From a virus (Duplodnaviria; Heunggongvirae; Uroviricota; Caudoviricetes), in the IMG/VR virus record IMGVR_UViG_2917849834_000007, positions 1-33,433 of that record: DNA of 33,433 bases. One strand, given 5' to 3'. Shown here piece after piece: positions 8,513 through 18,916 of the stretch. The notes under the pieces were generated by a model. That model worked only from the letters and a program-made list of their open reading frames with translations. It made no database searches and was not told the DNA's origin. A program made the position numbers and the translations under genes. How positions within the stretch are numbered: position 1 is the first letter of the stretch; each line of letters begins with the position of its first letter.

Positions 8513-11136
8513 TATGCAAGCCTCACAATATAGTTAAATGCGATGTTTTTGACGGTGTTTTCTGTATTACCTGTAGCATTAACGGTAATAGAGTGCCCGT
8601 GTGAGCCAATAGCAACCGTGTGTGAATGTGCACCAATACCAACCGTATGATTATGTGCACCAATATCTACCGTGTGGGCATGATTCCCGGCAGCTCCTGA
8701 TGTGCCATTAAACGATGGGTTGTCAAAGCCTGTTTTACCGGTTTCACCATTAGTATTGGCATTCCCTCTGTAAATGGTATGTGTATGGTTACCAGTGGTA
8801 TTAGTGGTTTTTGTTCCGTAGTTAAACGTACTGACTGTCTTCGTCCCGTAATCAAACGAACTGGTTGTTTTCGTTCCCAAATCCGTATTTGACGCACTGG
8901 CACTGTGAGTATGCGATTTAATCCCGTCCTGTTCCTGTGACAATACGGCACGCCCACTGGCGGGTTTGCCCTTGATTGTCCAGCCGCGCATATCAGGAAT
9001 AACACCAGAAGGATAGGCTATAGCCAGTTTCGGATATGCTGCCTTATCAAACGTCTGCCCCTGCATGATTGCATAGCCTGCAGGTGGTGTATCTGATGGC
9101 CACGGCAGCGGAACACCAGGCGGAAACGCTTCAATATTTGCCGAGCCGTCAAATTTTACGCCGTTAATTGTCCTTGCCGTTTTCAGCTTTGTTGCTGTAG
9201 CCGCATTGCCGGACAGTTCACCAGAAAGGCCTGCACTGAATGTCTGTTTTGCCTCCCATGTCTGGGCTTCGTCGATAATTGGTAGCCGACGAATATTGAA
9301 GCTACGCTCCCCAGGATTGCCATATAAGCGGACTGTAAAAAAACGATAGTTGGTTTTGTTTGAAGTGCTGCGCCATACCTGCATTGAACGGGCGACACCT
9401 CCGCCTTCACTGGGGCCAACAGTGATATTTATCAGGTTAGTATCAATGACGCCCCATTCCATCCCATCGGGAATATTGGTCATATCTGAAAGCCTGACAG
9501 TTATCATGCTGCCCGGTATAAAGTCGTAGGTCTGCCAGTCCAGACTGGATAACCTGTCGGTAACACCGCCGACACCTAATTTAGTGAGTAATGATTTTGA
9601 GTTGTATACTTCCGCCCATTCCCCCCAGTCAGTTTCACCGCTGGCGCGGGTTCGCTGAAATGTCCGGTTTTTATAGGCATCCGTTGCTGAAACAGTCGTA
9701 TATGTCTGGATATACGATTCAATATCACAACGTTTTTTCACCTCAACTATTGAGCCAACAGCAAGATCTTTAGAGTCGGTGACAGGTGCATTTGTGGCCT
9801 GTTTCGTGACGCTATAAATACCAGGCTTTAAAAGGTCATCAAGATCCCCTGAATAAGTCCATCCCGTGGACTGATACCCAACAGCAATCCAGTCCTCCCA
9901 TTGTGGATTTTCTGCATCCCATGAGGCTGTCAGTCCGCGAATGTACATAGTCCCACTACGGGTGGTATAACGTTGCATCCTCCCATACAGACCGCCTTCA
10001 AAGACTTCCAGAATACCCTGTCCAAAACTCCCTTCCTCCGGGAAATGACGGTCAAATGAGGCTATTGATGTACTACTATTGCGCCATATTCCCAGGTGTT
10101 CCGCACCACCTAAAGAATTCAGGTCAATTGACGTGCTTAATGGGCGAGTCCCGCTTGTAATAACTCTCCATGCACTCCATACAGGACTGACAGGGTTCCA
10201 TTCTGCATCAAGCATCCGAATGTAAATATTACCGGTTCGGGTGGTGTAGCGTTGTGTGCAGTGAAAGCGACCAGCATTGAATACTTCCAGAACCCCATTG
10301 CCTTTATCTTCAGGGTAACCAGACTCTGGTTTTGCAGTGGATTGTGACGGACATGACCACGTTCCAAGATATTTTTCTTCTGGGCCATAGGAATCAAGAT
10401 TGTCAGTGGTTGGAATCATTCCATTGTGTTTCATAAACGTCAGGCTGGTAACGCCAATATTGTCCAGAAAAGCGCCCTTATCTGGAATATCGCCACCGTT
10501 CTGGTCTTTCTGCAGACGTTTCTCAGCATTGTCATAGGCTGCTTTTACTGCCTTTGGCGTTGCTGCCAGCTTTTCACTGGTGCTGTTTGTTGCACTGCTT
10601 AACTGAGTAAAACCTTTTTCTGTCAGCGTGGCGTCAGGATGGCGGCGGGACTGCTCATGCTCTGCGATTTTGTCATCGACGTAATCCTGCGTCGCCATCA
10701 CTGTGCTGGCATCAATACTCAGCTCAACAGACGCCACGTTACTGACAATAATGACCATGCGGCAGGTCTGCGCACGCCCGGAGCCTTCAGCCAGTTCAGG
10801 CTTATAGCTTTCTGCCATGTTAGCGACCGCAATCAGTGTTCCGGCATCATCATACAGACCAAGTTCACGCATCCAGAAGCCGCCCACTTCTGGCGGTACA
10901 ACCAGTTCAGCCACGATATAGTTTTTATTCTTGTTATCCACGCTGACTTTATTCAGAGCGTGACGCCAGACCTCATGCACCAGTTTCGTCTGACCGGCAT
11001 CCGGCACCGGCAATTTGCCATTACCGTCACCCACGGCCATTGCAGACAGGTTTACTTTTTTCCCGCCGGGGACAGTGGCGGCTGCCAGCTTTGCGGCTCC
11101 GGCAGTAGTGATAACGGTTTTAAATTTCGTGCTCAT
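8512..11136 (-). CDS. H: Tail fibre protein, 874 aa
   Basis: ORF track; N-terminus resembles P2 gpH as recalled; C-terminal His-x-His repeats ([24 protein letters not shown]). Confidence 0.85.
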   Translation of the reverse strand: MSTKFKTVITTAGAAKLAAATVPGGKKVNLSAMAVGDGNGKLPVPDAGQTKLVHEVWRHALNKVSVDNKNKNYIVAELVVPPEVGGFWMRELGLYDDAGTLIAVANMAESYKPELAEGSGRAQTCRMVIIVSNVASVELSIDASTVMATQDYVDDKIAEHEQSRRHPDATLTEKGFTQLSSATNSTSEKLAATPKAVKAAYDNAEKRLQKDQNGGDIPDKGAFLDNIGVTSLTFMKHNGMIPTTDNLDSYGPEEKYLGTWSCPSQSTAKPESGYPEDKGNGVLEVFNAGRFHCTQRYTTRTGNIYIRMLDAEWNPVSPVWSAWRVITSGTRPLSTSIDLNSLGGAEHLGIWRNSSTSIASFDRHFPEEGSFGQGILEVFEGGLYGRMQRYTTRSGTMYIRGLTASWDAENPQWEDWIAVGYQSTGWTYSGDLDDLLKPGIYSVTKQATNAPVTDSKDLAVGSIVEVKKRCDIESYIQTYTTVSATDAYKNRTFQRTRASGETDWGEWAEVYNSKSLLTKLGVGGVTDRLSSLDWQTYDFIPGSMITVRLSDMTNIPDGMEWGVIDTNLINITVGPSEGGGVARSMQVWRSTSNKTNYRFFTVRLYGNPGERSFNIRRLPIIDEAQTWEAKQTFSAGLSGELSGNAATATKLKTARTINGVKFDGSANIEAFPPGVPLPWPSDTPPAGYAIMQGQTFDKAAYPKLAIAYPSGVIPDMRGWTIKGKPASGRAVLSQEQDGIKSHTHSASASNTDLGTKTTSSFDYGTKTVSTFNYGTKTTNTTGNHTHTIYRGNANTNGETGKTGFDNPSFNGTSGAAGNHAHTVDIGAHNHTVGIGAHSHTVAIGSHGHSITVNATGNTENTVKNIAFNYIVRLA
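8600..8681 (-). repeat. Three imperfect ~27-bp tandem coding repeats inside H (HxH motif repeats)
   Basis: Read directly: ccaatagcaaccgtgtgtgaatg / tgcaccaataccaaccgtatgattatg / tgcaccaatatctaccgtgtgggcatg. Confidence 0.6.
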
Positions 11137-11146
11137 TGTTTCTCAC

Positions 11147-11677
11147 TTATCCGGGATAAACAGTAATAACATCACCATCACAGACCACACCGCCTGTATA
11201 CAGATAGCCGGGAATGTCCTGGATAATGTTCAGACCGATAAGGTGGCGACTTGCGGGTTTGGCATCGGCAATCAGCCGTTCCATTTCCAGATACATCTCC
11301 TCCGTGATGCCGCTTTCCAGTACGCCGATATCAAGGCGGAAGGTTCCGGGCGGGTCGTTTGTCTCCCACCATTCCTTTACGTTAATGAGATAGCCGAGCG
11401 GCTCCACCACACGCCGGATTGCGCCGACAGTGCCTTTATGACAATGAATGAAATAGGCATCGCGGATAACGGCGCGTTTTGTCGCTTCCGGCCACTTTTC
11501 ATCCCAGCGGTCAACCGAAAATGACCACGCCAGCCACGGCAGTAGATTTGCCGGGCAGGTGTCCGGGTTCCACAGCTCACGAATACTGACCGGCGTTTTT
11601 TCAATTTCCGCACAGGCTTTTGCGGCGGCGACTTCAAGCGGTGATGAGCCAGTCGGCAGCAGTCGCGAATCACTCAT
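11147..11677 (-). CDS. I: Baseplate protein I, 176 aa
   Basis: ORF track; position and size as P2 gpI. Confidence 0.85.
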   Translation of the reverse strand: MSDSRLLPTGSSPLEVAAAKACAEIEKTPVSIRELWNPDTCPANLLPWLAWSFSVDRWDEKWPEATKRAVIRDAYFIHCHKGTVGAIRRVVEPLGYLINVKEWWETNDPPGTFRLDIGVLESGITEEMYLEMERLIADAKPASRHLIGLNIIQDIPGYLYTGGVVCDGDVITVYPG

Positions 11678-12578
11678 CCGAGCCTCCGGTCACGACGCTG
11701 TATTCGGTGCAGAAAGACGCCTGCGTACTGTTGAGCACAATGTCGGCCAGTGGTGCGGCCAGCTCGACACGCTGCACGCCTTCCACATGCAAAGCGGCAT
11801 AAATGGCAGACAGACGGATGTCGCGCCCCAGCCGGTGCTGTGCCGTGATGTACGCTTCCAGTTTTTTCACGGCAGCAGCGCGGATGGGTTCGCTTTCGGG
11901 ACCAGGGTAAAGGTAAAGCGTGGCGTTTATCTGGTATTCAACAATGGCGGCAGACTGCACGGTCACGCGGTCGGCCACCGGCCTGACGTCCTCGCCATTA
12001 AGGGCGTTACGCACCACCGCCAGCAGGTCTTCGGATGCCACACCGTTATTTTCACGTGACAGCACAGAGATGGTGACGCAGGCCGGAGACGGACTGGTGA
12101 CAGAGATATCCGCGACACGCCCATCGGCACTGCGACCATGATACTGATAGGCTCCCACCGACCCGGCGACGCTTAAACCTTCAAACGCCTGCTGAATACG
12201 CAGACGATAATCGGTGTCAGACTCCATCACTGCCGGTGTCGGCGGGATGGTCGAATCATCTGCCGGGGTGATAGTCAGGCGCGTGGTGTTGTAATTGGCA
12301 CCAATCACATCAAGGTCATTACCGGCTGCACAGGCCAGCATCACCGCCCGTGCAGCCTCATTCACACGCTGACGCCAGATAAGCTCACGATAAGCATTTT
12401 CCTCCAGCAGTTTGACGAGAGGCTCAGATTCCAGCGCCAGGGTACGGGCGACCGCCTCCTGCTGGTCTTCCGGGTAAAGGGAAATCAGTGTCGCCTTGCG
12501 TTCAGCGAGAATGGTTTCAAAGTCCAGCTCCTCGACCACATCCGGTGCGGGTAGCTGGTTCAGGTCGATAATCGGCAT
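11670..12578 (-). CDS. J: Baseplate assembly protein J, 302 aa
   Basis: ORF track; overlaps the I start by 8 nt. Confidence 0.85.
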   Translation of the reverse strand: MPIIDLNQLPAPDVVEELDFETILAERKATLISLYPEDQQEAVARTLALESEPLVKLLEENAYRELIWRQRVNEAARAVMLACAAGNDLDVIGANYNTTRLTITPADDSTIPPTPAVMESDTDYRLRIQQAFEGLSVAGSVGAYQYHGRSADGRVADISVTSPSPACVTISVLSRENNGVASEDLLAVVRNALNGEDVRPVADRVTVQSAAIVEYQINATLYLYPGPESEPIRAAAVKKLEAYITAQHRLGRDIRLSAIYAALHVEGVQRVELAAPLADIVLNSTQASFCTEYSVVTGGSDE

Positions 12579-12582
12579 GGTT

Positions 12583-12930
12583 TCAACTCACAGGGATGGT
12601 TAACGAAAGTGGCTGGCCGGTGTCGTTGTGCTGGCCGGTTAACGTGACCGTCATTCGACCGTCAAAACTGCGCGCCGTAGTGACGGATGACAGGGTGACG
12701 CGGGGTTCCCATTTCAGCACGGCCATGTAACAGGCGACCTTAATCTGCAACTCAAGCGCCGGGGTCTGCGGCTGGTCAATCATTGACGCCAGCAACGAGC
12801 CGTAATCACGACGCATCACCCGTGAGCCGACCGGTGTGCGCAGGATATCGCCGATACTCTGGCTGATATGCTCAAGGTCAGTGACAGTCAGGCCATCACT
12901 GCGATTCATTCCGAGATAACGCGCTGTCAT
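12583..12930 (-). CDS. W: Baseplate assembly protein W (gp25-like), 115 aa
   Basis: ORF track; position and size as P2 gpW. Confidence 0.85.
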   Translation of the reverse strand: MTARYLGMNRSDGLTVTDLEHISQSIGDILRTPVGSRVMRRDYGSLLASMIDQPQTPALELQIKVACYMAVLKWEPRVTLSSVTTARSFDGRMTVTLTGQHNDTGQPLSLTIPVS

Positions 12931-13562
12931 AGAGGACTCCCGGTTGTGCCGCCGCTGTCGCCGGGGTGTTTATGGGTATGCAGTACCTTACCGTTTGATG
13001 AGAGTTCACCGCCGGTGTGTTCAATGTTGCCGCGCATCGTCCCGCCCTTCTGCACTTTCAGCGTGCCGGTAATCAGCCTGTTGGTGCAGACCACCTCCGG
13101 TGTGTCCAGGGTGATGCGGGTTGATGCTTTCACCATGACCACCGGCACCGTGGCAGTAACAGAATCAGAAGCCGTCACGCTGGCCGTTTTAATTCCGCTT
13201 ACCGTGAGTGCACTGGTTTCGGGTTCATACTCAATCACCGCCCCGTCAGGGAAACGGATATGCAGGGCATCAGCCGACGCAGACGGCGCGGGGTTATCGC
13301 CGGAATAAATCCCCGGCAGAACAAACGCCGTGTCAAGTTCACCACCCACGGCCAGAATCAGCACCTGTTCCCCCACGGAAGGTGCCCACCATGTGCGCGA
13401 ACGTCCTGCGCGATGGGTCAGCCACTGAAGCCAGTCGGTGCACATGCCGCCGGTCTGCACACGGCAGCGACCGGCGTTAAGGTCGGTTTCGACGATAATG
13501 CCGGTGCGGATCATGTTGCGCAGTGCGCGCGCGAGTTCCTGAATATTTGCGAGAGTGTTCAT
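12927..13562 (-). CDS. V: Baseplate spike protein V, 211 aa
   Basis: ORF track; 4-nt overlap with the W start. Confidence 0.85.
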   Translation of the reverse strand: MNTLANIQELARALRNMIRTGIIVETDLNAGRCRVQTGGMCTDWLQWLTHRAGRSRTWWAPSVGEQVLILAVGGELDTAFVLPGIYSGDNPAPSASADALHIRFPDGAVIEYEPETSALTVSGIKTASVTASDSVTATVPVVMVKASTRITLDTPEVVCTNRLITGTLKVQKGGTMRGNIEHTGGELSSNGKVLHTHKHPGDSGGTTGSPL

Positions 13563-13628
13563 AACGGGAAGGATGCCGCCGGGTCATACCGGCGGCAATG
13601 TGACGATGAGGTGTCGGGAATGGCACAA

Positions 13629-14081
13629 CTAACGGTCGAGGTGAGCCAGAATAATCTCTTCAATCATCTGCACATCCTCACCGGTAAAGCCGAGCAGAGG
13701 ACGCGCCGGATAATCAATTTTCTTACCGTCTTTCCGGGTTTCTTCCGACAGACCGAACTGATGCACACTGGCGATTTTCGGTGACTTCCCGCCGTAAAAT
13801 TCCATTGATGCCTGTTCCGGGCTGGCGCGGATATGCAAAAAACGGCTGGTGATAAGTTTCGCAAACATTTTTCGCTTAACGCGACCGGTCTTTTTTCTGG
13901 CGCTCTGCTGCTGGCGTGGCGCATAGGGTGTGCCGTCCGGGGCTTTCTGTGCCATCACCCGACGCTGCTGACTCTGCCGCAGACGTTTCGCCAGTTCGGC
14001 ACTCAGTCGCCGACGCCCTGACGGTGACAGCGATTCAATCAGTCCGGTCAGCCGGTCTTCAAAACGCTTAAACTCATTCAT
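13629..14081 (-). CDS. S: Tail completion protein S, 150 aa
   Basis: ORF track; position and size as P2 gpS. Confidence 0.8.
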   Translation of the reverse strand: MNEFKRFEDRLTGLIESLSPSGRRRLSAELAKRLRQSQQRRVMAQKAPDGTPYAPRQQQSARKKTGRVKRKMFAKLITSRFLHIRASPEQASMEFYGGKSPKIASVHQFGLSEETRKDGKKIDYPARPLLGFTGEDVQMIEEIILAHLDR

Positions 14082-14544
14082 CCCACTTGCTCACCAGTTC
14101 GCCATTGATATACAGCTCCATCGGGCGGGTAACCGGCTCCGGCGGCGGGGGTTCCGGGATATTCTTCACATGCAGTGCGCCGTCCACCTCACTGACCAGT
14201 GTGCGCTCGGTCAGCATCAGGCTGATGCTGATATCAAAACTGCTGTCATTGTTGATGTCTGCATAAAACGTGAAGCCCTTTTTCTGGCCTGCGTCGGTGG
14301 TCATGATGTCGGGCTGATTTTCCCGCAGCCACGCCAGCACCGGCACGATGAGCAGGTCAAAATCACCGGTAAAGTCGGTCACAATGACATTGAGCGTGTA
14401 ACGCTTTTCGAATGACAGCGACGTCGCCAGTGTGGAGGCAATACTCCCGTTATCCACGAATATCCGCAGCATATCGGGGTTAGTTTTCAGCACCGTGACG
14501 GCATCAGTCAGCGCCCTGCGCAGGCTGTCGGGTTTGAGCATCAT
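14074..14544 (-). CDS. R: Tail completion protein R, 156 aa
   Basis: ORF track; position and size as P2 gpR. Confidence 0.8.
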   Translation of the reverse strand: MMLKPDSLRRALTDAVTVLKTNPDMLRIFVDNGSIASTLATSLSFEKRYTLNVIVTDFTGDFDLLIVPVLAWLRENQPDIMTTDAGQKKGFTFYADINNDSSFDISISLMLTERTLVSEVDGALHVKNIPEPPPPEPVTRPMELYINGELVSKWDE

Positions 14545-14794
14545 TTTCGTCCTGACAGTGTTTAATCATTTTTATCTGGCTGGCACACCGTGCCAGCGCG
14601 TTCTCAAGCTGCCGGATATCGGCACTTAAATCGCCGTTCGTCTGCGGGTCACTGCCCGGCATCGGGCAAAGGCTCACTTTCGGGCAGGCGTTGGGGACAA
14701 TCACTGGCGTCAGTGCAGGCGGGGCGCTGGTGCAACCGGCGCACAGCATCAGGCAGGTCAGCACCGTACCAGTGGCGAAAATCTTCGTTTTCAT
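14504..14794 (-). CDS. lysC: Outer-membrane spanin lipoprotein LysC (Rz1-like), 96 aa
   Basis: Internal ATG at 14792-14794 in ORF 14504..14911 gives MKTKIFATGTVLTCLMLCAGC... (signal peptide with lipobox Cys); lies in the +1 frame overlapping the 3' end of lysB. Confidence 0.75.
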   Translation of the reverse strand: MKTKIFATGTVLTCLMLCAGCTSAPPALTPVIVPNACPKVSLCPMPGSDPQTNGDLSADIRQLENALARCASQIKMIKHCQDENDAQTRQPAQGAD

Positions 14795-15074
14795 TGAGTA
14801 ACCTCGTAATGGTTTTCTCGCGCTGTGCTTCACGCTTCGCGGCGTTCTCCAGCTCCTGACGCAGTGCAACCTGCGCCAGCTCGTTTTTGTCTGCCCTGGT
14901 GAGCGCAACATGAAGCTGGTTTTTCAGCATGGTGATGGTCGTCTGCTGCCCGCTGGCGACATTGTTTGCCCTGTCCAGTGAGGTGCGCAGGCTGGCGTTT
15001 TTATGCTTCGCCAGAAACAGACCCGCCACCGCCAGCGATAACAACACAACCATCACAATCATCAGCTTTGACAT
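14649..15074 (-). CDS. lysB: Inner-membrane spanin LysB (Rz-like), 141 aa
   Basis: ORF track; N-terminal transmembrane helix then helical periplasmic domain; position after lysA. Confidence 0.8.
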   Translation of the reverse strand: MSKLMIVMVVLLSLAVAGLFLAKHKNASLRTSLDRANNVASGQQTTITMLKNQLHVALTRADKNELAQVALRQELENAAKREAQREKTITRLLNENEDFRHWYGADLPDAVRRLHQRPACTDASDCPQRLPESEPLPDAGQ

Positions 15075-15487
15075 GGTTCCCGCCCCTCAAAACGCTGACG
15101 GCAGGCCGTACGTATCAGCCGGAAGAACACCGATACCACGAGATAAATCAGCGCGGTAAAAATCCACCCGGCAGCGACCAGCGAGATAAACGTCGCCACC
15201 ATCACTACCAGAGCCACCGCCCGTCTGCGCCACGGCACCGGCTGCAAAAACAGCGACGTGACAATCTTCACGGCCAGCGATTCCGGCGGCAGCCCCCGCC
15301 CGTAGCGTTCCAGTACATACTCTGTGGCATACACGCCGACACCGCCGGCAACCACACAGATAACCGTCGCCAGAATCGCCCAGGCGGCGACAAAATTGAC
15401 GGCCACGCTCTGCGGGTAAATCAGGGACAGTGCCAGCATCAGCGCCAGCGACACGTTCAGCATCAGTGAAAGGGATAATTTCTTCAT
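15062..15487 (-). CDS. lysA: Lysis-timing membrane protein LysA, 141 aa
   Basis: ORF track; multi-pass hydrophobic protein between K and lysB. Confidence 0.75.
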   Translation of the reverse strand: MKKLSLSLMLNVSLALMLALSLIYPQSVAVNFVAAWAILATVICVVAGGVGVYATEYVLERYGRGLPPESLAVKIVTSLFLQPVPWRRRAVALVVMVATFISLVAAGWIFTALIYLVVSVFFRLIRTACRQRFEGREPCQS

Positions 15488-15501
15488 GGTGTTTACTCCG
15501 T

Positions 15502-15999
15502 TTAAGCCGGTACGCCGCCAGCGGTACGCCAGACGGTGACCAGTTTTTCCAGTGAATGCTCACGCTGACCGTAACCGGCACCCGGCAGGGACGCCCAGAT
15601 ATTGCGACAGCGTGAAATGGCGCGCTCAATGCGTCCCGCCCGGATGTCATCCAGTGCACCGCGTTCGCGGATCAACTGAATGGCGAGTCTGTCCTGTGAC
15701 AACGGACTGAAATCCGGCAGGGCAAGCTGTTTGCGGTAGTGCGGCCAGAACAGATAAAGCTGCTGATAGCGACCGGAGGCCGTGGATTTTTCACCGCGAC
15801 GGTTAAACACCTTCGCCGGTCGGCCATGTGCGAACGGGTGGTCACTGTAGTCGGTGAAAATTTCCGGCTTTCCGTCCAGTCCGGTGACTATCACGTCATA
15901 GCCCCGGTTTTTCGTCAGCGGATGGTTCGCCGTCCCTTCGGACACGGCCAGCATGTCGAGAAAGGCGGCGATATTCTGATGCGTGTTAATTACCGGCAT
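15502..15999 (-). CDS. K: Endolysin (lysozyme/transglycosylase family), 165 aa
   Basis: ORF track; position after the holin; resembles P2 gpK as recalled. Confidence 0.85.
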   Translation of the reverse strand: MPVINTHQNIAAFLDMLAVSEGTANHPLTKNRGYDVIVTGLDGKPEIFTDYSDHPFAHGRPAKVFNRRGEKSTASGRYQQLYLFWPHYRKQLALPDFSPLSQDRLAIQLIRERGALDDIRAGRIERAISRCRNIWASLPGAGYGQREHSLEKLVTVWRTAGGVPA

Positions 16000-16280
16000 T
16001 ACTGTTTCCCCCTGCCCTTAAAGCGGCGCTGAATGGCAATCTCAATCACCTGATAACCGGCGATACCCAGCATGGAGCCGATGCCGCACACCGCAGGCAG
16101 TGACAGGTCAGGAAACTGCACCAGAACAACACCGGCAACCATCGAGACAAAACCACCGAGCAACATGCGCCCGATAAACAGACGCGGGGTGATGGGTTCA
16201 CCACCGGCAAGCACCTTGCCGACAACAATCAGCACCCCAATCATGAAAAGCGACAGGACGCTTTTTTCTTCTGCTGTCAT
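15999..16280 (-). CDS. Y: Holin, 93 aa
   Basis: ORF track; hydrophobic transmembrane segments with charged C-terminus (RRFKGRGKQ). Confidence 0.8.
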   Translation of the reverse strand: MTAEEKSVLSLFMIGVLIVVGKVLAGGEPITPRLFIGRMLLGGFVSMVAGVVLVQFPDLSLPAVCGIGSMLGIAGYQVIEIAIQRRFKGRGKQ

Positions 16281-16283
16281 GCG

Positions 16284-16487
16284 TTACTCCCACAGATTGA
16301 CAGTTTCAGCCACGGGCGCGGTCTGAACGTCGGGCAGTTCGACGGCGGTGCCGTGTGGCAGCACCGCACCCAGTTCAGCCAGTCCCGGATTTGCGGCGAG
16401 CACGGCTTCAACCACGCCCTCAGTGCGCCCGTAATACCGGACACAAATGGCGTCGAGCGTGTCGCCCTGTAGCGCAAAGGTCTTCAT
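16284..16487 (-). CDS. X: Tail protein X, 67 aa
   Basis: Internal ATG at 16485-16487 of ORF 16284..16556 gives MKTFALQGDTLDAICVRYYGRTEG...; this ATG overlaps the L stop codon (TGA 16487-16489). Confidence 0.8.
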   Translation of the reverse strand: MKTFALQGDTLDAICVRYYGRTEGVVEAVLAANPGLAELGAVLPHGTAVELPDVQTAPVAETVNLWE

Positions 16488-16996
16488 CAGATTTGACTCA
16501 CGATGCAGCGCGGCTTGTCCTGGATACGCGCCACCGCCCAGCGCATATCCCGCCACAGTTCATCAATGGTGCTGTCAATGCTGTCGGCCTTCTTGTCGCC
16601 TTTCGCACTGGCATCCACGCCGCGATAACGCTCATAAAGCGACGCGGTCGCCATCGCACACACGGCGCGCTCGTAGTAAAAAACTTTGATGCTTTCACCG
16701 TCGATGTCGTCCGCCGGGACGTCCGCCAGACGCGTAAAACCGGCAGCAATTTTCTGTTCGCGGTACTCGTACAGCTCCGCATTCGTTTCAGCCATGCCTG
16801 ACTTGATGGCCTCACGCAGACGGGCGGGGGCGACGGTCTGCTCAAGGCGCATACGTTCCCGGACGCGCTTCGGGTCGATATCGGGAAAAAAGAACGTGTT
16901 TTTAATCACCGGCTCGTCGCCTGCCGGTTGCGGGATGACCACCGTACCCTCACCGGATACAGGAGCCTCCTTTCGCGGAATAATCAGCGTCATCAT
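16487..16996 (-). CDS. L: Head completion protein L, 169 aa
   Basis: Internal ATG pair at 16991-16996 of ORF 16487..17056 gives MMTLIIPRKEAPVSGEG..., matching P2 gpL as recalled. Confidence 0.85.
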   Translation of the reverse strand: MMTLIIPRKEAPVSGEGTVVIPQPAGDEPVIKNTFFFPDIDPKRVRERMRLEQTVAPARLREAIKSGMAETNAELYEYREQKIAAGFTRLADVPADDIDGESIKVFYYERAVCAMATASLYERYRGVDASAKGDKKADSIDSTIDELWRDMRWAVARIQDKPRCIVSQI

Positions 16997-17095
16997 GACT
17001 ACCTCTGAAAAGTCGGGCGGTGGACGCCGGTGCAGTGTCAGGTGATTCACCGTCACTGACCGGCGTGCCGCCCTGGCGCGGGGCGCATTCGGTTG

Positions 17096-17839
17096 TTAAC
17101 TGGCTTTCTTTTTCGGGCGTCCACGTTTTGCCGGGGTCACGCTCCGGGTCTTACGCCGGGCGCGGGTGACCGCTTTTGGCTGCGGCTCCGGCTTCGGTTT
17201 CAGCTCCCGCTCCAGTCGTTCAATCTCTTTTTTGACGCCTGCCTGACAGTCGAGCTGTGTCGCACGTTGCAGGTGCGCCAGCGCACCTCCGGCATCACCA
17301 GCGTCACGCAGAAACAGACCGGTGATTTTGTGCAGCTTTGCGCGCACTTCATCAGGCATGTCAGCCGTGGCGGTCAGTTCGAGGGTGTCCGTCAGCAGGC
17401 GGGTGTCCACAGACTCACCGGCAGCGTGAGCGCGCATGGCCGCAAGCGCCACTTCCTCGGTGAACATGTACGGCGGGGTGCGGCGGTGTTTACCCGGCAT
17501 GGTCAGACCGTACTTCAGGGCATAACGGGCAATCTCCAGCGCACCGGCAATATCGCCGGTATCCAGACGCCACAGCATGACCGTCATCAGAATGTCATCC
17601 TGTGCACCTTTGCCCTGCTCCAGCACGCCGTTCACCCACGGCAACCAGAACGGCAGCAGTTCGCGCTTTTTCGCGGCCTTAAGCTCTTTTGAATAAATCG
17701 CTTTCAGTGTGCGCTGGTCTGCGGCCAGCTTGACCAGCATCTGCTCATAGACAGTTGCATGTCGCAGCGGGGCGGCTTCCCGCTGCGCGGTCATCGCTGC
17801 CGAGACCCGCATCATGTGGCGCTGTGCGGGACTCGTCAT
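17096..17839 (-). CDS. M: Terminase small (endonuclease) subunit M, 247 aa
   Basis: ORF track; basic C-terminal tail; position between N and L. Confidence 0.85.
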   Translation of the reverse strand: MTSPAQRHMMRVSAAMTAQREAAPLRHATVYEQMLVKLAADQRTLKAIYSKELKAAKKRELLPFWLPWVNGVLEQGKGAQDDILMTVMLWRLDTGDIAGALEIARYALKYGLTMPGKHRRTPPYMFTEEVALAAMRAHAAGESVDTRLLTDTLELTATADMPDEVRAKLHKITGLFLRDAGDAGGALAHLQRATQLDCQAGVKKEIERLERELKPKPEPQPKAVTRARRKTRSVTPAKRGRPKKKAS

Positions 17840-17842
17840 CGG

Positions 17843-18916
17843 TTACGCTCCCGGCTCTGCGGTCGCCTTAGCCGGTGTGGAAAAATCACCGACCTTAATT
17901 TTTTCCACCAGACAACCGGCGGCGTAGTCTTCCACCACGTAATCAATGTTCATTGACTCGTAGTTCTCCACGCGGTCGAGTTTCGGGTTTTCCACAATCA
18001 CGCGGCGATGGCTGTCATCCATGTAGTAGATGGACAGGTTTTCCAGCTTCGTGATGAGCATCGCATCCGCCGGGAAGTACGGAACACGTACCGCGGGCAG
18101 ATTACCGATGCGTTTCTGGCTGATGATGACGTCAGCGGCCAGCATTTCGCTGTTGTCCTGCTCCTTGTTGACGATGGGAAAATACTTGTCCGCCAGTAGC
18201 TGACGTCCCACAATCACCACAAGGTCAGGGTCTTCCTGATACCACGGCTCAATCAGGTTGTTGGTCGCATCCATCACCAGTGCATCAAGGCTGGCATAAT
18301 CACCGCCCTTACCCACGCGGATGACCTCAGAGGTGGTGTGACCTTCCTCGTCAGTGACCTTGCTCATCACGCGCGCCGGGGCTTCATTGCGGTATTTCTG
18401 CAGCCAGCCGACCGCCACATCCTGCAGCATCGGATTGCTGCTGCGGTCAGAGGTTTCGGCACGCTTCACGCCGTTAAAACCGGCCATGATGAAATCAAGG
18501 GACTGGCGTTTGATAATGGCGTTACGGATACGGAGCTGGAAATCCTGATAACGCGCCCACAGGTCCAGCGTTTTGTAGCGGATATAAAAATCGAAGTTAA
18601 TCTGGTCGCATTCGTACTTGTTTGACGCCAGCTTCGAGAAGTCCTTCGGCTGACGCTCGGTGCCACCGGCGGTGTCGGTGGTGCTGGCGATGGAGCCGGT
18701 GACACCAATACCAATTTTTTCCCCTTTCATTTCGCTGACCGGCACAATGTTGATGCGGGTCAGAAAATCAGAGGACTCCTGCATGGTGTTCATCAGGGTC
18801 TGGGTGACCGACGGTTCAACGGTGAATTTTTTCGACACATCACCGGCGTCGATGCCGTTCAGTTCGGCAACACGGGACAGGTAGGCATTAAATTTAAAGC
18901 GGGTTTCCTGGCGCAT
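17843..18916 (-). CDS. N: Major capsid protein N, 357 aa
   Basis: ORF track; position and size as P2 gpN. Confidence 0.9.
   Translation of the reverse strand: MRQETRFKFNAYLSRVAELNGIDAGDVSKKFTVEPSVTQTLMNTMQESSDFLTRINIVPVSEMKGEKIGIGVTGSIASTTDTAGGTERQPKDFSKLASNKYECDQINFDFYIRYKTLDLWARYQDFQLRIRNAIIKRQSLDFIMAGFNGVKRAETSDRSSNPMLQDVAVGWLQKYRNEAPARVMSKVTDEEGHTTSEVIRVGKGGDYASLDALVMDATNNLIEPWYQEDPDLVVIVGRQLLADKYFPIVNKEQDNSEMLAADVIISQKRIGNLPAVRVPYFPADAMLITKLENLSIYYMDDSHRRVIVENPKLDRVENYESMNIDYVVEDYAAGCLVEKIKVGDFSTPAKATAEPGA

Noticed and set aside
8560-8700. Possible CRISPR-like short repeats
   Set aside because: The repeats are in-frame 27-bp coding repeats inside the tail fibre gene, with no unique spacers and no cas genes.
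7934-11136. Invertible tail-fibre segment of the Mu/P1 type
   Set aside because: No invertase gene and no flanking inverted repeats or duplicated alternative C-terminal exons were seen; H and G are single-copy and co-directional.
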